Shown here piece by piece: positions 25,964 to 36,360 of a DNA stretch of 64,000 bases. Source of the stretch: Candidatus Thalassarchaeaceae archaeon (GTDB lineage Archaea; Thermoplasmatota; Poseidoniia; Poseidoniales; Thalassarchaeaceae). The notes under the pieces were generated by a model. The model did no database searches. It worked only from the letters and a program-made list of their open reading frames with translations, and was not told where the DNA came from. The stretch is taken from NCBI GenBank assembly GCA_029940695.1, contig JAPYUP010000001.1, positions 4,912 through 68,911 on the forward strand, written 5' to 3'. Position 1 is the stretch's first letter. Each line of letters begins with the position of its first letter. Position numbers and translations under genes: made by a program.

Positions 25964-26986
25964 GTGCGAGTAAGAGTTAGTCGACTGGCCGTTTGCGCAC
26001 TCGTTGTGCTGGCTCTCTCGATTCCATCCGTTGCTATGAGTTCCGGTCCCCCCGCTATGAACTCCAATGACGAGCTTACCGTGAAGTACGGATGTTCTTG
26101 TCACAACAACGGAGCGCCCTCAGAACGTGCCGTAGTAATGATTACTGGGGTACCTCTGATGTATGAGCCCTCCCATGTGTATGACTTCACAGTCACAGTT
26201 GCTGATTCCCTAACTCTCTCAGGTGGCGAAGGCAACACTGGAGCCGGGTTCCTACTCTCTTCGGACGCCAAAGGTGTATTTGCATGGGAAGAAGATCAGG
26301 ACATCAAAATGACCGATGATCGACCGGACGACGTATCGCACTCTGAGACAAGCAATGATGGTATTTGGCATCTGAGTTGGACTGCCCCCAACGAAGACGT
26401 CGGTCCAGTGCAGTTTTGGTTGGCTGGGAACTCCGTTGATGCTGGAGGAATTCCCGACGATGCGGACTACTGGAACCTCCTATCATTCTCGATTATTGCA
26501 CCGGACACCGTCACTACCTCTGAGTCGTCTTCAACTCTGGAGACTAGGACAATTTCTGTTGGCACCTATGACGCCCTCTTCGTTATTGAGGAGTCAGAGA
26601 GCCATCTAGAGCAGGAACGCCAGAACGCTCTGGCAGCTAGGGTATTCTCTCAAGGGAACCTCTTCTACTGGACCACCCTAGTCGCCCTCTTGGTCGGTGC
26701 CGTCGTACAGCGTGAAATTCTGGAACGCCGATATGACGAAGGTCCTGAATTCCTAGCAAGCGAGCTAGCGTATCCTCAAGGGATTCGCAGGAGCCTCGTT
26801 GCCTCCCTCTCCTTCTACCTCGGTGTCAGTTGGTCTGCTTCAGGTCAATCCATGGAATTCCAAGGAGTGGACTTCTCTCAATTTGCCATTGGGACGGTCT
26901 TTTTCATCAGCGCTTGGGCTGCTTACGGAGTCTATCGAACACTGATTGCTGCACGGAAAGAACCCAAGGTTCGGGACCTAATGTGA
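25964..26986 (+). CDS. Reeler / choice-of-anchor V-like exported domain with three C-terminal TM helices
   Basis: Signal peptide, GCSCH, G.P..YEP...Y..TV and W...WTAP...G.V.F..AGN, then TM helices. Confidence 0.7.
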   Translation: MRVRVSRLAVCALVVLALSIPSVAMSSGPPAMNSNDELTVKYGCSCHNNGAPSERAVVMITGVPLMYEPSHVYDFTVTVADSLTLSGGEGNTGAGFLLSSDAKGVFAWEEDQDIKMTDDRPDDVSHSETSNDGIWHLSWTAPNEDVGPVQFWLAGNSVDAGGIPDDADYWNLLSFSIIAPDTVTTSESSSTLETRTISVGTYDALFVIEESESHLEQERQNALAARVFSQGNLFYWTTLVALLVGAVVQREILERRYDEGPEFLASELAYPQGIRRSLVASLSFYLGVSWSASGQSMEFQGVDFSQFAIGTVFFISAWAAYGVYRTLIAARKEPKVRDLM

Positions 26987-26987
26987 C

Positions 26988-28094
26988 ATGTCTCAATTTC
27001 ACATTACTGAACATACATCTCAATATTCCGTGCATCTTGCAGATATGCACAGATTGTTACGAACCTCAATCATAGCATTGGGTATATCGTGCCTATTTTG
27101 GTCGTTCTTCGTTAGCCACATCATGTCAGCATGGCTCGATCTGCTACCACTTCATACCGGCCCTGAAAACGAAAATCTCTCGATCTATGGACCATTTGAC
27201 TGGATTGAGGCTAGATGGTCACTGGTGCTGGTCCTCGCATTCACTTCGGCAATGCCGCTCACGTCAATTCTAATCCAGAGGTTCTCACACTCTGGATTGC
27301 TACCGAGTGAACGCTCATGGCTGTTCTCCGTCTTACTAATCTCCTCAATTCTCGTCCCACTACTAATTATCGCTGTCTGGGCCTTCGTAATTCCCAAACT
27401 TATTGGATTCGTCAAAATAGCAAGTTCGCTTGATGGGGTGGGCATAAGCTATGATGCGGCTTCCGTGTTTTCTCTCGCATTGGGTGCGTCTTGGATATTG
27501 ATCGTGTGGTCGTTAACCGTGGTCTCAATAGGTCTAGCTAGGCTATATGGTTTGATTGAATTCGCTGAGACTAGACTCCGATATAGAATATTAATTATTT
27601 CAGGGGGCACATTAGTCATTACTTTACCAGTCGAATTCGACGGACTAAGGCTTCTAATCGCAATTTGCATTACATCTTCAGCCGACGCTATTTCACGAAC
27701 AATCCCCGTTGCTCCATTGGGGCGGCGGCGCTTCGATATCACAGATATGCAAGACACCGAAGGGACCCCGATTAGAATCGCATTGCTTGATTGTGGATGC
27801 GAGGATTCGTGTCCGAGATTCCCTCAATATTTCGAGCCCCCTGGAGTTGCTATTCCAAGATGCGATGCCCTTTGCCTAAACAAGCCCGAGCAAGACGGAA
27901 TTCTTGATCTAGCCCTCCATTCGGGAATTACCCGGTTGGTTGTATCGGGATGCGATGGTACCCCCATGCCTCTGGTTTTACGGACTTCGCTGCGCACCCG
28001 CGGATGTGAGGTCAGAGGACTCAATTGGTTGGATGAAAACTCGTCTAGGGACGAGTCGTGGCGAGTCAACTCCCTCAATGACGCGCTGCTATAG
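26988..28094 (+). CDS. Divergent TatC-like protein fused to a C-terminal Cys-rich domain
   Basis: HL.DMHRLL, L.IYGPFDWI...W, P......RF..SGLLPSER and several TM helices, then CGC...CP...C..LC...VSGC. Confidence 0.65.
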   Translation: MSQFHITEHTSQYSVHLADMHRLLRTSIIALGISCLFWSFFVSHIMSAWLDLLPLHTGPENENLSIYGPFDWIEARWSLVLVLAFTSAMPLTSILIQRFSHSGLLPSERSWLFSVLLISSILVPLLIIAVWAFVIPKLIGFVKIASSLDGVGISYDAASVFSLALGASWILIVWSLTVVSIGLARLYGLIEFAETRLRYRILIISGGTLVITLPVEFDGLRLLIAICITSSADAISRTIPVAPLGRRRFDITDMQDTEGTPIRIALLDCGCEDSCPRFPQYFEPPGVAIPRCDALCLNKPEQDGILDLALHSGITRLVVSGCDGTPMPLVLRTSLRTRGCEVRGLNWLDENSSRDESWRVNSLNDALL

Positions 28095-28120
28095 CAGATG
28101 GGCATTGATTTGAAATCCCT

Positions 28121-30136
28121 TTGTCTGGCCGTTGCGCCGTGGATAAAACTCGGGCCCCACTTGTTGTCGTCCTCTTGATGTTGGGCACTTGGGCACAAGT
28201 CAACTCACCATTGGTAGATGATGCATTTGACCGGGAGCAATCAAATTCAGCCGATGGATACGAACTAGTCGGCCTGCAATCCGATGAGCGTTGGCTTGTA
28301 CTCAGAGTGGCCTTCCCTGACAAGTCATTACCTGGAAACATCCCTCTTTCATTGTTCGAAGGGGAAACTTCAGCTCACGCTTACATCCAACAAATGAGCG
28401 GAAATCGTTCCTCCCTCAACATCACTTTGTTCGACCAGATTTGGCAGTCTCCCCACCCAGAGTCCGAATGGGGCAAGGACACATCCGATGAAAGGGATGT
28501 TGGGGGTGACTATGGGGGAGCATCAGATTTAGCTGCAGCAGCGATTGTTGCACTTCTCTCTGGCATTGACCTCTCTGAATGGGACCTTGATGGAGATGGC
28601 GTGATTGACAGGCTATTGATTCTCCACTCAGGAGAAGCACAGGAACTCGGGGGCCCCTCTTCTTCAATTTGGAGCCATTATTCCCCCTTCCAAGATCCCA
28701 TCGACATAGGCGACTTCTCTTTCGAGCACTACACCATGGTGTCAATCAACGGGGGATTGGGCGTATTGATTCACGAAATGCTTCATCAGATGGGTGCAGT
28801 TGATCTATATGATGTCCACAGTGAAACACCAACTCGAAACTGGCATGGGTTAGGTGATTGGGGCGTCATGGCTAGTGGAAACTGGATTGAAGATGGCAAT
28901 CTTCCATCCCTACCCTCGTCTTCGACTCTGAATCTGATCGGCGGACTGACCGGGCCTTTCATACCCAATCAAGAGATAGAAACCGACTTACTTGTGCCAG
29001 TAACATCATTCAATGAATCCAAGACTTACACCTTGAAGCCAATTCCTCAGGGAGGGGGCCCCCTGTCAATCAAAATTGCCCCCGGGGAATTCGTTTGGGT
29101 GACGTTTAGAGCTAATTCTGGTTTCGACAGTGGACTACCTGGCCATGGTATTCTCGTAGAGCAGCAGGACACGAACTACGGTGACATTAGTGACAACCTT
29201 GTTAACACGGATCCGGCAAAGGCTTGGGTTAAGATTGTCGAGGCTGATGGCGATGACGCACTGCTCAGGGCTAGGAACTACGGAAGCCAGGGGGATGTGT
29301 TCACTGAAGGAGGGTCGTTCGGTTCGTCCGGCCATCAAATCAGGGACAATCGGGGAAGGCTAGTAAATTGGACAATCCAGATAACCAATGTTTCTGCATA
29401 TCAGGTACAAATCCAATACACCAAGGATGAGAACACAATTGCAAGCGTTGTTACTCCTAGATCACCAATAGTGTTGCTACCCGGTGAAGTAGCCACTGCT
29501 ACCGTTAGCACTCCACAAACCTGCACCTTGATTACCAACCTAACGACTGCTGAATCCATCAACATAATCCAAGTGGTCAAAGAAGAACGCCAGTATCTTG
29601 AAGTTACAATTCTTGATATTGATGCAAATGGTGTTTTTCCGGGCGACAGCGGACGTATCTCTGGAACTATGGGGTGCGAGGGACATCCACCCTATGACCT
29701 CTCATTGGAGTGGTATTCAATTCCCCACCGCCTATCGAATCAGACGCTAGAGGTGATTGTTCCTTGGGATGAGCCATCTACCATCGCTCTATATCCAAAT
29801 TCGGAAGGAATTGGTCCTAGGACATATTCCGTATCCATCGATGGAGCGGCGAACAGAATATCCAACGTTGTAAAACAAGTAAGATTTGAACCAGGTGACG
29901 CGATTGTATTGGAAATTAACCCTTCTGGATTGCTGGAGCCAGGAATGATTGCTAAGGGAGAGGTCGTGTTCATCGACTCGAACAAGCTCGAGCAGAGGAT
30001 TCCCCTCATCCTCCATGCGGAACAGGAATTTCCACTATCGGGGCCTTTGCGATGGTTGGCTGCTCCATCAAATACAATATCCCTAATTTGCTTGCTATTG
30101 GCTGCTTCTGTGGTCACTGGAAAGAAGGACGAGTGA
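28121..30136 (+). CDS. M6 family (immune inhibitor A-like) secreted metalloprotease with a C-terminal anchor
   Basis: DLDGDG.ID.L.ILHSG, IWSH, HEMLHQMGAVDLYD, W.VMASG.W, D.GLPG.GIL. Confidence 0.88.
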   Translation: MSGRCAVDKTRAPLVVVLLMLGTWAQVNSPLVDDAFDREQSNSADGYELVGLQSDERWLVLRVAFPDKSLPGNIPLSLFEGETSAHAYIQQMSGNRSSLNITLFDQIWQSPHPESEWGKDTSDERDVGGDYGGASDLAAAAIVALLSGIDLSEWDLDGDGVIDRLLILHSGEAQELGGPSSSIWSHYSPFQDPIDIGDFSFEHYTMVSINGGLGVLIHEMLHQMGAVDLYDVHSETPTRNWHGLGDWGVMASGNWIEDGNLPSLPSSSTLNLIGGLTGPFIPNQEIETDLLVPVTSFNESKTYTLKPIPQGGGPLSIKIAPGEFVWVTFRANSGFDSGLPGHGILVEQQDTNYGDISDNLVNTDPAKAWVKIVEADGDDALLRARNYGSQGDVFTEGGSFGSSGHQIRDNRGRLVNWTIQITNVSAYQVQIQYTKDENTIASVVTPRSPIVLLPGEVATATVSTPQTCTLITNLTTAESINIIQVVKEERQYLEVTILDIDANGVFPGDSGRISGTMGCEGHPPYDLSLEWYSIPHRLSNQTLEVIVPWDEPSTIALYPNSEGIGPRTYSVSIDGAANRISNVVKQVRFEPGDAIVLEINPSGLLEPGMIAKGEVVFIDSNKLEQRIPLILHAEQEFPLSGPLRWLAAPSNTISLICLLLAASVVTGKKDE

Positions 30137-31159
30137 CTACTTGCGACTCGGGTTTGACCATCTTGAGTTGGGTGGAGGCCTAGCCACTTCCAAGTACCTC
30201 CATACCCCATCGACAGAAATGGGATGGAGCCAATGCTTGTTCACGCCCGATGCAAGTCTTGATGCTAGACAAGTACCCCCCCAATCTTGTGAAGCTTCCA
30301 CAGGATTGACCACCAACCAAGGGGCATGCCCTTTCCCCAATTGACGTTCGTAGCACCTCCATCTAGTTCCATACTTGAATCCTGGACGCGAATGCAGCCC
30401 CCTCCGGTATAGATCCTGTAAAATGCTGGCGCCATCCGAGAGTTGAGGAAGCCCATCATCCACTGATGATAACACCAGTTCAATTTCGTATGCCCCGAGC
30501 TGTCTACCAGCGTGCACTGGGATGCCAATGATGTCAGAAGGCCAATTATCGAAATCGGAAAAGTAAGCTCCCCCATTGACAAGAGAGACTGATTGAAAGG
30601 CAGAAATGATGGACAGTTCTTCGTTGGTTGGGGGTGCTTGGTTTCCTTCCGGATTCGAGGGGTGCAGTCTGTACGTTACCACCGAGTGTTCGTCATCGAC
30701 TACCAGAATCTCTGCCAACCTACCAGTTTCAGTTACAGAAGCGCACCAATGGTAGAGGTCAATGGCATCGAATTTGTCCGAAGCGTGGAACCATCTGACC
30801 TCCGACATGGCAGAATCATTGTTTGGATGGGTGTTTGATGTCCAGCGAAGTCCCCAAGTACCCCTTGCATGATCATGTTCCAACAAGGTTAGGGATTCAC
30901 GAAAAACAACCTTATTTCCAGGAACCCTAAGTGCCTCTAATACGGCGGCCTCGAAGAGGATCTCTGGCTTGGAAAATATGCACTCACTCAACCATCCAGA
31001 GTTAGGCCACTCCAAGTTTCTGTGGTCATGACAGAAGATTACCTCAGAGTCGCATAGTATCAGTCCTCCTTTCCCATCTGCTCGCCCAATTGCAGACTTG
31101 TCCCATAATCTACCCCCTGACTGCCCGAGGTACTCCCACCCCCCATCTACAGGTTCCAT
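30137..31159 (-). CDS. endA: tRNA-intron (splicing) endonuclease
   Basis: DL..RG...RPGFKYG..WRCY......HAPWLV...RLA.GV.K (Tyr/His/Lys triad). The N-terminal unit ends VVDDEHSVVTY. Confidence 0.88.
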   Translation of the reverse strand: MEPVDGGWEYLGQSGGRLWDKSAIGRADGKGGLILCDSEVIFCHDHRNLEWPNSGWLSECIFSKPEILFEAAVLEALRVPGNKVVFRESLTLLEHDHARGTWGLRWTSNTHPNNDSAMSEVRWFHASDKFDAIDLYHWCASVTETGRLAEILVVDDEHSVVTYRLHPSNPEGNQAPPTNEELSIISAFQSVSLVNGGAYFSDFDNWPSDIIGIPVHAGRQLGAYEIELVLSSVDDGLPQLSDGASILQDLYRRGLHSRPGFKYGTRWRCYERQLGKGHAPWLVVNPVEASQDWGGTCLASRLASGVNKHWLHPISVDGVWRYLEVARPPPNSRWSNPSRK

Positions 31160-31239
31160 CTATCCTGTTGGCGTTGGCGATTTGATATAGACGGTATCCC
31201 CAAATCTCATCTGTTAATCCCCCATGCGTTAGTACATAC

Positions 31240-32295
31240 ATGTCGGACGGGGTAGCACAAAATCGCGTTGACTGCCTCAAGAGGCTGAGGCTTTTGCTCG
31301 ACGATATCGATGGGTCCAAGGTCACTCTAATAGGAGATACAATGCTTGATCGATATCACCACGGATTTGCTAACAATCTCAATTCAACTGCCCCAGTCCC
31401 AGTGATGAAAGTAATCCGCACAGAAGAATCCCCTGGTGCATCCGCCCACATTGCGCTTGGACTAAACTCACTTGGAATGGATGTGAGATTCCACTGTTGC
31501 ATAGGTGATGATTCAGAAGGGTCAAACATATCAAAGATGCTTTCAGACGAAGGAATTTCAACAGAACAAATCGAAATAGTTCGAAGTATGAAGACACTTA
31601 CGAAGATTAGATTCTACGGAAGCAGGGAGAGTCTTCTTGAGAAGAGTCAGATACTGCTTCAAGTAGATCGGGGGCCCCTAAACCCCCCCTCTCCGGAAAT
31701 TTCCGAGGCATTGGCCACATCAGCACTTGAGTCCTTGAAGAACAGTTGTGCCCTAGTAATTTCGGACTATGACAAAGGAGTCATCGATGAGGTAGGCTCC
31801 CATTTACTAATCAGAGAGGCACACAAAATTGGCATTCCAGTAATCGTCGATCCTAAACTTACCGGACTTGAGAAAAGCAGAAATGCCACCGTAGTTCTCT
31901 TTGAAATACGTGGTCTGGAGTTACTTAGAAGGCGTTCAATGCTCACTGACTCCCGAGAAACTGCTGCGCATCTCATTGATAGTTACGGTTGGGATTCCCT
32001 TGTCGTGCTTGGTGGGGTCAATGGGTTGACATTGTACCAGTCTGATGGATCCGTGGTGTTTTTCCCATGCATGTCACCTGCCCCAGAACAGCAGATTGGG
32101 CTTCACGATGCTGCTGCAACCGCACTTGCAGCCGCACTAGGACATGGCTACAGCATGACAGATGCCACCACTTTGGCTGCTGCTGCTTGTGAATGCGTAT
32201 TGACAGCAGAGTCGAGTCATGAGTTTGTTGACAAAGATACCTTGGGCCTCTGGTTAGACGAACTCTCATGGCAAATGCAAATCTCAGAAAGATAG
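31240..32295 (+). CDS. PfkB-family sugar kinase, RfaE/HldE kinase-domain-like
   Basis: IGD.MLDRY.G, APVPV, PGA.A.A, T.TK.R, ISDYDKG, VIVDPK. Confidence 0.82.
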   Translation: MSDGVAQNRVDCLKRLRLLLDDIDGSKVTLIGDTMLDRYHHGFANNLNSTAPVPVMKVIRTEESPGASAHIALGLNSLGMDVRFHCCIGDDSEGSNISKMLSDEGISTEQIEIVRSMKTLTKIRFYGSRESLLEKSQILLQVDRGPLNPPSPEISEALATSALESLKNSCALVISDYDKGVIDEVGSHLLIREAHKIGIPVIVDPKLTGLEKSRNATVVLFEIRGLELLRRRSMLTDSRETAAHLIDSYGWDSLVVLGGVNGLTLYQSDGSVVFFPCMSPAPEQQIGLHDAAATALAAALGHGYSMTDATTLAAAACECVLTAESSHEFVDKDTLGLWLDELSWQMQISER

Positions 32296-32344
32296 CAATC
32301 ATCATTCCACGGGGTTCAATACTGTTCGCTCAGCGCGATTATTC

Positions 32345-33823
32345 GTGAAGAGTAGCATTTCTTTGCCCTCGTTACTAACTCTCCTAATCATTCAGTCATC
32401 AATTTCAGTTGTCGCAACAAATCACTTTGATGACCCTATTATCATATCTATCGACCTAGATAATGGGATGATGACTGATCAAGATCTCATCGTTACTGGA
32501 TACATAGAGAACGAAGTGTCACCCACTTCTGTCTGGTGGTATCTTTCAAATTCAGATGAAACTCTGGCCTCGGGATTCCTCACAGGTGAACTCATTGAGA
32601 CGGATGTGCAATCTTCTCGGCCGCAATGGGGGTTCTCATTCATTATCGATGTTCACAACATCATGCCTTGCGCTTGCAACCTTCACATCCTCGCACAGGA
32701 GACCGTAGAGGATCCCATTGAAGCAATCCGGTCGCTTTTCCTTCACGGGAGTACTCAATTACTTCCACCCACCATATTCCTTGATTCTCCAAGGGAAGGA
32801 TCCTGGGTAAGCAGATACTTCCTACTCCAAGGAAACTCCTTTAGCATTGGGGACTCAGAACCCATGCTTCAAGCCAAGATTACCCAGTCTGAAACTACCA
32901 CCCAGTGCAGTGAGCAAGATTCTACGACAATCCTAGAATCAGTTGTAATCCCCGATAAAATTTCTTCAGTCGATTGGCTAGCTGGTTCATTTTCTTCCAA
33001 AATTGACGTGTCTGACTTTGCAGATGGATGGTACGACATTTTTGTTTTTGCTTCGAATGATGAATCTTCCGATGATTCAGAGTTATGCATTAGCTTGCGA
33101 ATAGACAACACCCCGCCCAAATCTATTATCAACGGTTCAGATTTTGCTATAGAAGGCTCTAGTGAACTTCTCTTCGATGGTAGCGAAACTGACGATGCTG
33201 TGTGGGGTAGAACTGGTATTAACTACATATGGACACTAAGACGTCCTTCTCACACCGGAAGCACCCCCATTGAAGTCAGTTCAGGTCTTGACGTTCGTAC
33301 ATACTCAGTTTCTACTGACTACTCTGGTGAGTTCGAATTGTCATTGACCACAATAGACCAAGCTGGAAATTCAGATACTACAATCAAATCGTTTGTCATA
33401 GACAACCTCTCCCCAATAGTTCGTCTACAAATAGATGGCAAAGCAATATTTGACGGGGATTCCGTCAGCATCTCAAAATCGTCAACCACCAGTTTCGATG
33501 CATCATATAGTAGCGATACGGTCAACGACCTCCAGTCGCTTAGGTGCGTTTGGAGAATCAACAACGTACCTTTCTACGAAGGTCTGCATAGAGATATGAC
33601 ATGGCCCGAGGGAGTCGAAGATCAGTATGAGCTCATCATTGAGGTATCAGATGATGACAGTGAAACTGCAATCCTTACAATCACCGTGTCAGATGCTGAA
33701 CAAAGAGAACAGTTTCCCAACTCCTTAATTGTCCTCTTCGGTTCGATGGGGTTTTTGCTTTATGCTGTAATTCGGCGCAGACAAACCTCTGAGGCAGAAC
33801 ACCGGATTCCTAAGTGGATTTGA
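32345..33823 (+). CDS. Cell-surface protein with Ig-like/PKD domains and a C-terminal TM anchor
   Basis: Signal peptide, IDNTPP, FDGS.T.D, Y.W, D.AGN, FDASYSSD, and a TM helix followed by RRR. Confidence 0.75.
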   Translation: MKSSISLPSLLTLLIIQSSISVVATNHFDDPIIISIDLDNGMMTDQDLIVTGYIENEVSPTSVWWYLSNSDETLASGFLTGELIETDVQSSRPQWGFSFIIDVHNIMPCACNLHILAQETVEDPIEAIRSLFLHGSTQLLPPTIFLDSPREGSWVSRYFLLQGNSFSIGDSEPMLQAKITQSETTTQCSEQDSTTILESVVIPDKISSVDWLAGSFSSKIDVSDFADGWYDIFVFASNDESSDDSELCISLRIDNTPPKSIINGSDFAIEGSSELLFDGSETDDAVWGRTGINYIWTLRRPSHTGSTPIEVSSGLDVRTYSVSTDYSGEFELSLTTIDQAGNSDTTIKSFVIDNLSPIVRLQIDGKAIFDGDSVSISKSSTTSFDASYSSDTVNDLQSLRCVWRINNVPFYEGLHRDMTWPEGVEDQYELIIEVSDDDSETAILTITVSDAEQREQFPNSLIVLFGSMGFLLYAVIRRRQTSEAEHRIPKWI

Positions 33824-33872
33824 TTACAGATATTTTACACAGCACTAATAACGAACCTTCGTAGGAAAGGAG

Positions 33873-35189
33873 ATGATGGCAACTTTACCCTTCACGTTCG
33901 ATGAATACCATGGACGGCAGTCTCGATTTCTAGAACAGATTCCAACTGACAGCTTAGTGCTAATTCCCACCAACCCTGTTTCGTTCCGCTCGAATGATAC
34001 TTCCTTTCCTTACCGTGCCAACTCGTATATGCTATATTTGTGTGGCTGGAGTGATCCGGAAGCAGTTCTAATGGCGCATTATAATGTAGATTCGTGGGTC
34101 ACGACTCTCTTCGTCCAACCTCGTGATACCAAGGCTGAAATCTGGACAGGTTGCAGGGTGGGCACTGAGGGTGCTGCATCTGAATGGCCAGTTCATGAGG
34201 CCTGCTCTATCATCGATCTAAAGGACATTGTTGGAACCCATCTCAGTGCCTGTAAGCAGGCATACTTGATTCAAGGCGTCAATTCAACTTTGGATGAATT
34301 GGTGAGCAGTGCAGTCGATACAGATTCTGCTGACCCCACATCGATACTGGATGAAATGCGGGTACGCAAGTCTGAAAGAGAGATACAATTGATGCTGAAG
34401 TCGGCAGACATCGCCTCTGCTGCCCATGTTGCTGCTATCAGGAAGGGGTGCGCCGGCATAGGTGAGTGGCAGATACAGTCTGTCATAGAGGCCCATTTCA
34501 CAGCAAGCAAGAGCTGTTGTAGCTACTCATCAATCGTAGGTGGTGGTGACAATGCTACTATCTTACATTACAATTCCAATGACAATGAGATCTCCGATGG
34601 AGAACTGGTACTGGTGGATGCGGGGTGCGAGGTTTCCGGGTACGCTTCCGATATCACTCGAACTTGGCCGGTCAACGGGAAATTCAGCGACCAGCAAAGA
34701 GAAATCTACGAACTCGTGCTGAAAGCACAGTTGGCTGCTATTGAGGTGTGCCAAGCTGGTTCAGTTTGGCTTTCAATGCACAGAGCCACATCATCTGTAC
34801 TAGCCCAAGGGATGATTGATTTGGGGATATTAGATTGTAGTCTTGAGGAGGCCATTGGAGACGATATGGAGTTCAATGGCCCCTATAGAAATTTTTTCAT
34901 GCACGGAACAGGACATTTCCTTGGTCTCGACGTTCACGATGTCGGTGGTGGTAGACAAGGCGATAAAGACGAGGGGAGAATATTGCAACCAGGAATGGTT
35001 GTGACTGTTGAGCCAGGGCTATACTTCGGAAGTTGGAGGACTGATGTCGAGATACCAGACCGTTATGCAGGGATAGGCGTCCGTATCGAGGACAATGTGC
35101 TGATTACAGAGGAAGGTCCTATGGTGCTGACCTCGAGTTGTCCCAAGACAATTGATGATATTGAAGCACTAGTAGGGAGTAAGGGGTGA
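33873..35189 (+). CDS. pepP: Xaa-Pro aminopeptidase (M24B)
   Basis: ILHY, LVDAG.E..GYASDITRT, HGTGHFLGLDVHD, TVEPGLY, GVRIED. Confidence 0.94.
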   Translation: MMATLPFTFDEYHGRQSRFLEQIPTDSLVLIPTNPVSFRSNDTSFPYRANSYMLYLCGWSDPEAVLMAHYNVDSWVTTLFVQPRDTKAEIWTGCRVGTEGAASEWPVHEACSIIDLKDIVGTHLSACKQAYLIQGVNSTLDELVSSAVDTDSADPTSILDEMRVRKSEREIQLMLKSADIASAAHVAAIRKGCAGIGEWQIQSVIEAHFTASKSCCSYSSIVGGGDNATILHYNSNDNEISDGELVLVDAGCEVSGYASDITRTWPVNGKFSDQQREIYELVLKAQLAAIEVCQAGSVWLSMHRATSSVLAQGMIDLGILDCSLEEAIGDDMEFNGPYRNFFMHGTGHFLGLDVHDVGGGRQGDKDEGRILQPGMVVTVEPGLYFGSWRTDVEIPDRYAGIGVRIEDNVLITEEGPMVLTSSCPKTIDDIEALVGSKG

Positions 35190-35193
35190 TTTC

Positions 35194-36360
35194 TTGGACA
35201 AGTGCCACTCAGTCCTCGAAGGCCAATTGTCCGATAACCCTCCGATCTTGGGAATTGATGATGCTGCCATTCTCTACAAGCATGCGGACCTCAATGATTT
35301 GATGTTTGTCGCGTTAAATAGGCGTCGTAGCCAGGTTCCCGGAAACGAAGTTACCTATCTCGTAGATAGGAATATCAACTACACCAACGTATGCACCATC
35401 AATTGCCAGTTCTGTTCGTTTTACAGGCCACCTGGGCATCAAGAATCTTATACTCAGAGCGTTGAACAGATTAGTCATAGAATAGACGAGCTTGAAACTC
35501 TTGGAGGTTCAAGGATTCTAATGCAAGGTGGAGTTAATCCAGAACTCTCATTGGATTGGTACGTCGACCTATTAGTAGAGTTACAACTTCGCCACCCCAG
35601 CATAGCCCTTGATTGCTTCTCCCCAATAGAAATTGAGGGAATTGCTGAGGTTTGTGGTAAGACCACGTTTGAGGTGCTACGTATACTATCAGAGGCAGGA
35701 TTGCACGGCCTCCCGGGTGGCGGGGCCGAGATTCTTGTCGATGACATTAGGTTCGCGGTCTCACCCAAAAAAGGCTCATCTGATAATTGGCTCAAAGTAA
35801 TGGAAGAAGCTCAAACGCACAATCTGACCACATCTGCGACCAACGTCTTCGGTTTAGGGGAGAGCATTAGTCAACGAATCGAGCACATGAGTCGTGTCCG
35901 TGAGTTGCAGGAAAGATCACTCAATAATGGACTGTCTGGTTTCACGTCATTCGTCTCATGGCCTGTGATGTTAGAAAACAACAGTCTTGGAAACGGAAAT
36001 GCTGGTCGCAACAAGATTGAGCTTGGTACTGGTGCTGTAGAGTATTTACGTCATGTTTCCATCTCACGAATATTTTTCCACAACATAGATCACATTCAGG
36101 CTTCGTGGCCAACTATGGGAATGGATATTGCGCAAATTGCATTGCTAGCTGGAGCAGATGATGCAGGCTCGACAATGATGGAAGAAAATGTCGTTTCATC
36201 TTCAGGCTCTACTAAGACGGATGCGACTGAATTGGAACTCCAACGAATGATCATCAGTGCTGGATTTGTACCTGTAAAGCGCGATTCTGAATATAACAAA
36301 CTGGATGCTTGCCTTCAATTGGGCGACAAATTAGGTTCCATTACAAGTCGAACTCAGTAG
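35194..36360 (+). CDS. mqnC: CofH/MqnC-family radical SAM enzyme (cyclic dehypoxanthine futalosine synthase-like)
   Basis: DRNINYTNVCTINCQFCSF, ILMQGG, LPGGGAEIL, HIQASW.T.G, GADD.GSTMMEENVV. Confidence 0.8.
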   Translation: MDKCHSVLEGQLSDNPPILGIDDAAILYKHADLNDLMFVALNRRRSQVPGNEVTYLVDRNINYTNVCTINCQFCSFYRPPGHQESYTQSVEQISHRIDELETLGGSRILMQGGVNPELSLDWYVDLLVELQLRHPSIALDCFSPIEIEGIAEVCGKTTFEVLRILSEAGLHGLPGGGAEILVDDIRFAVSPKKGSSDNWLKVMEEAQTHNLTTSATNVFGLGESISQRIEHMSRVRELQERSLNNGLSGFTSFVSWPVMLENNSLGNGNAGRNKIELGTGAVEYLRHVSISRIFFHNIDHIQASWPTMGMDIAQIALLAGADDAGSTMMEENVVSSSGSTKTDATELELQRMIISAGFVPVKRDSEYNKLDACLQLGDKLGSITSRTQ

